A DNA stretch of 64,000 nucleotides from Victivallales bacterium (lineage in GTDB: Bacteria; Verrucomicrobiota; Lentisphaeria; Oligosphaerales; Oligosphaeraceae), in NCBI GenBank assembly GCA_017554445.1, contig JAFZIJ010000077.1, positions 1,714 through 65,713 of the forward strand. Reading direction: 5' to 3'. A model generated the notes under the pieces. The model saw only the letters and a program-made list of their open reading frames with translations. It ran no database searches and was not told the DNA's origin. Numbering within the stretch: the stretch's first letter is position 1; every line of letters starts with the position of its first letter. Shown here in pieces: positions 63,139-64,000 of this stretch. The position numbers were made by a program, and so were the translations under genes.

Positions 63139-64000
63139 ATGAAAAAAATCGCAGATTCCTTCACTCTTCTGAATGCCGGTGCCATCAAATTGCATGGCCG
63201 TCTTGGCGAAGCCTTGGACTTGAGCATCAAAAACAGATTGAAAACCGTTGATTACAAGCATCTTGTCCAACCATTCGCAGAACGGAAGGAATGCGACCAC
63301 CGCTGGCGTTGCGAATTCTGGGGCAAAATCGTCCGCTCCGCCATCCGTTCATGGCGCGCCAAACCAGACGGCGAACTGCTCGCGCTGATCCGCCAGACCG
63401 TGAAGGACATCTGCGCCACGCAGACGAAAGATGGTTGCATTTCCTCCTATCCCGCCAACCTCCAGACGACTGATTGGGACGTCTGGGGCCGCAAATACGT
63501 CATTCTAGGTCTCACACGTTACTGCAACACTGTCGGTTACGATCCTGACATCGTGAAAGTACTGGTCGATTGCCTCGACCATCTGATGTCGCAGGTCGGG
63601 CCGAACGGCAAGACGATGGTCGAATCTGGCTGGCATGACGGCATGGCGCCGTCGTCCATTCTCGGCGCCATCCTGCAAGTCTATTGGCTGACGGGCGAAA
63701 AGCGTTTTCTCGACTACGCCGAATGGATCGTCGATGGCGGCGGCGCATCCGTCTTCCAGCAGGTTCTTGACGGCGTCGCGCCGTTCAAGATCGGCAACGG
63801 CAAGGCGTATGAAATGACGTCCTGCGTGGAAGGCATGCTCGAACTTTACCGCGAAACAGGCCGCGCAGGTTATCTTGAAGCCATCGTCAAATACTTCAAA
63901 AACGTCGTCGATCAGGAGATTTTCGTCACAGGCGTCGGCGGTCTGAAAGATTCCGTTGGCGAATATTGGTGCGAAGGCGTCAAAAACCAGACGAACGCGG
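63139..64000 (+). CDS. GH127-like (DUF1680, beta-L-arabinofuranosidase family) protein, N-terminal part (3' end outside window)
   Basis: ATG at 63139 preceded by aaaagg. The frame stays open to the window end and this ORF is absent from the ORF track. Its (alpha/alpha)6-like pattern, with WDVWGRKY and KAYEMTSCVEGMLELY, resembles DUF1680. Confidence 0.5.
   Translation, partial: MKKIADSFTLLNAGAIKLHGRLGEALDLSIKNRLKTVDYKHLVQPFAERKECDHRWRCEFWGKIVRSAIRSWRAKPDGELLALIRQTVKDICATQTKDGCISSYPANLQTTDWDVWGRKYVILGLTRYCNTVGYDPDIVKVLVDCLDHLMSQVGPNGKTMVESGWHDGMAPSSILGAILQVYWLTGEKRFLDYAEWIVDGGGASVFQQVLDGVAPFKIGNGKAYEMTSCVEGMLELYRETGRAGYLEAIVKYFKNVVDQEIFVTGVGGLKDSVGEYWCEGVKNQTNA

Overview
64-kb chromosomal segment with about 50 protein-coding genes. 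I saw no rRNA, tRNA, CRISPR array, transposase or integrase. The gene content fits a glycan-degrading Gram-negative, possibly from the PVC superphylum: many secreted CAZyme-like proteins, a sialate O-acetylesterase, a GH127-like gene and a sulfotransferase. That taxonomy is inference only. Housekeeping genes include hpt, a guaA-like gene, lysA, recO, recX, a rarA fusion, ftsH, an FtsW/RodA homolog and a short division cluster (mraZ-rsmH-ftsL-ftsI). Items most worth a second look: (1) A 627-bp GC-rich ORF-free gap between convergent genes, directly after ftsI where mur genes normally follow. It has nested long-range complementarity and a perfect 16-bp terminator hairpin, so it is a candidate large structured ncRNA that I could not assign to RNase P, tmRNA or SRP. 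(2) A TolC-like / Cys-rich zinc-ribbon+TRASH-like protein / HlyD / asymmetric heterodimeric ABC exporter operon. It is flanked upstream of the Cys-rich gene by a heptanucleotide array and downstream by three 58-bp palindrome-containing tandem repeats. (3) A HEPN-MNT toxin-antitoxin pair in a 0.83-kb insert bounded by a 32-nt direct repeat that duplicates the 3' end of guaA. (4) A GMP synthase with a vestigial glutamine amidotransferase domain. (5) A RarA/MgsA ATPase fused to a roughly 290-aa methyltransferase-like domain. (6) An ExbB-ExbD-TPR-FHA-FtsH co-directional cluster without TonB/TolA. All functional calls rest on motifs read by eye from the translations. No database search was run.
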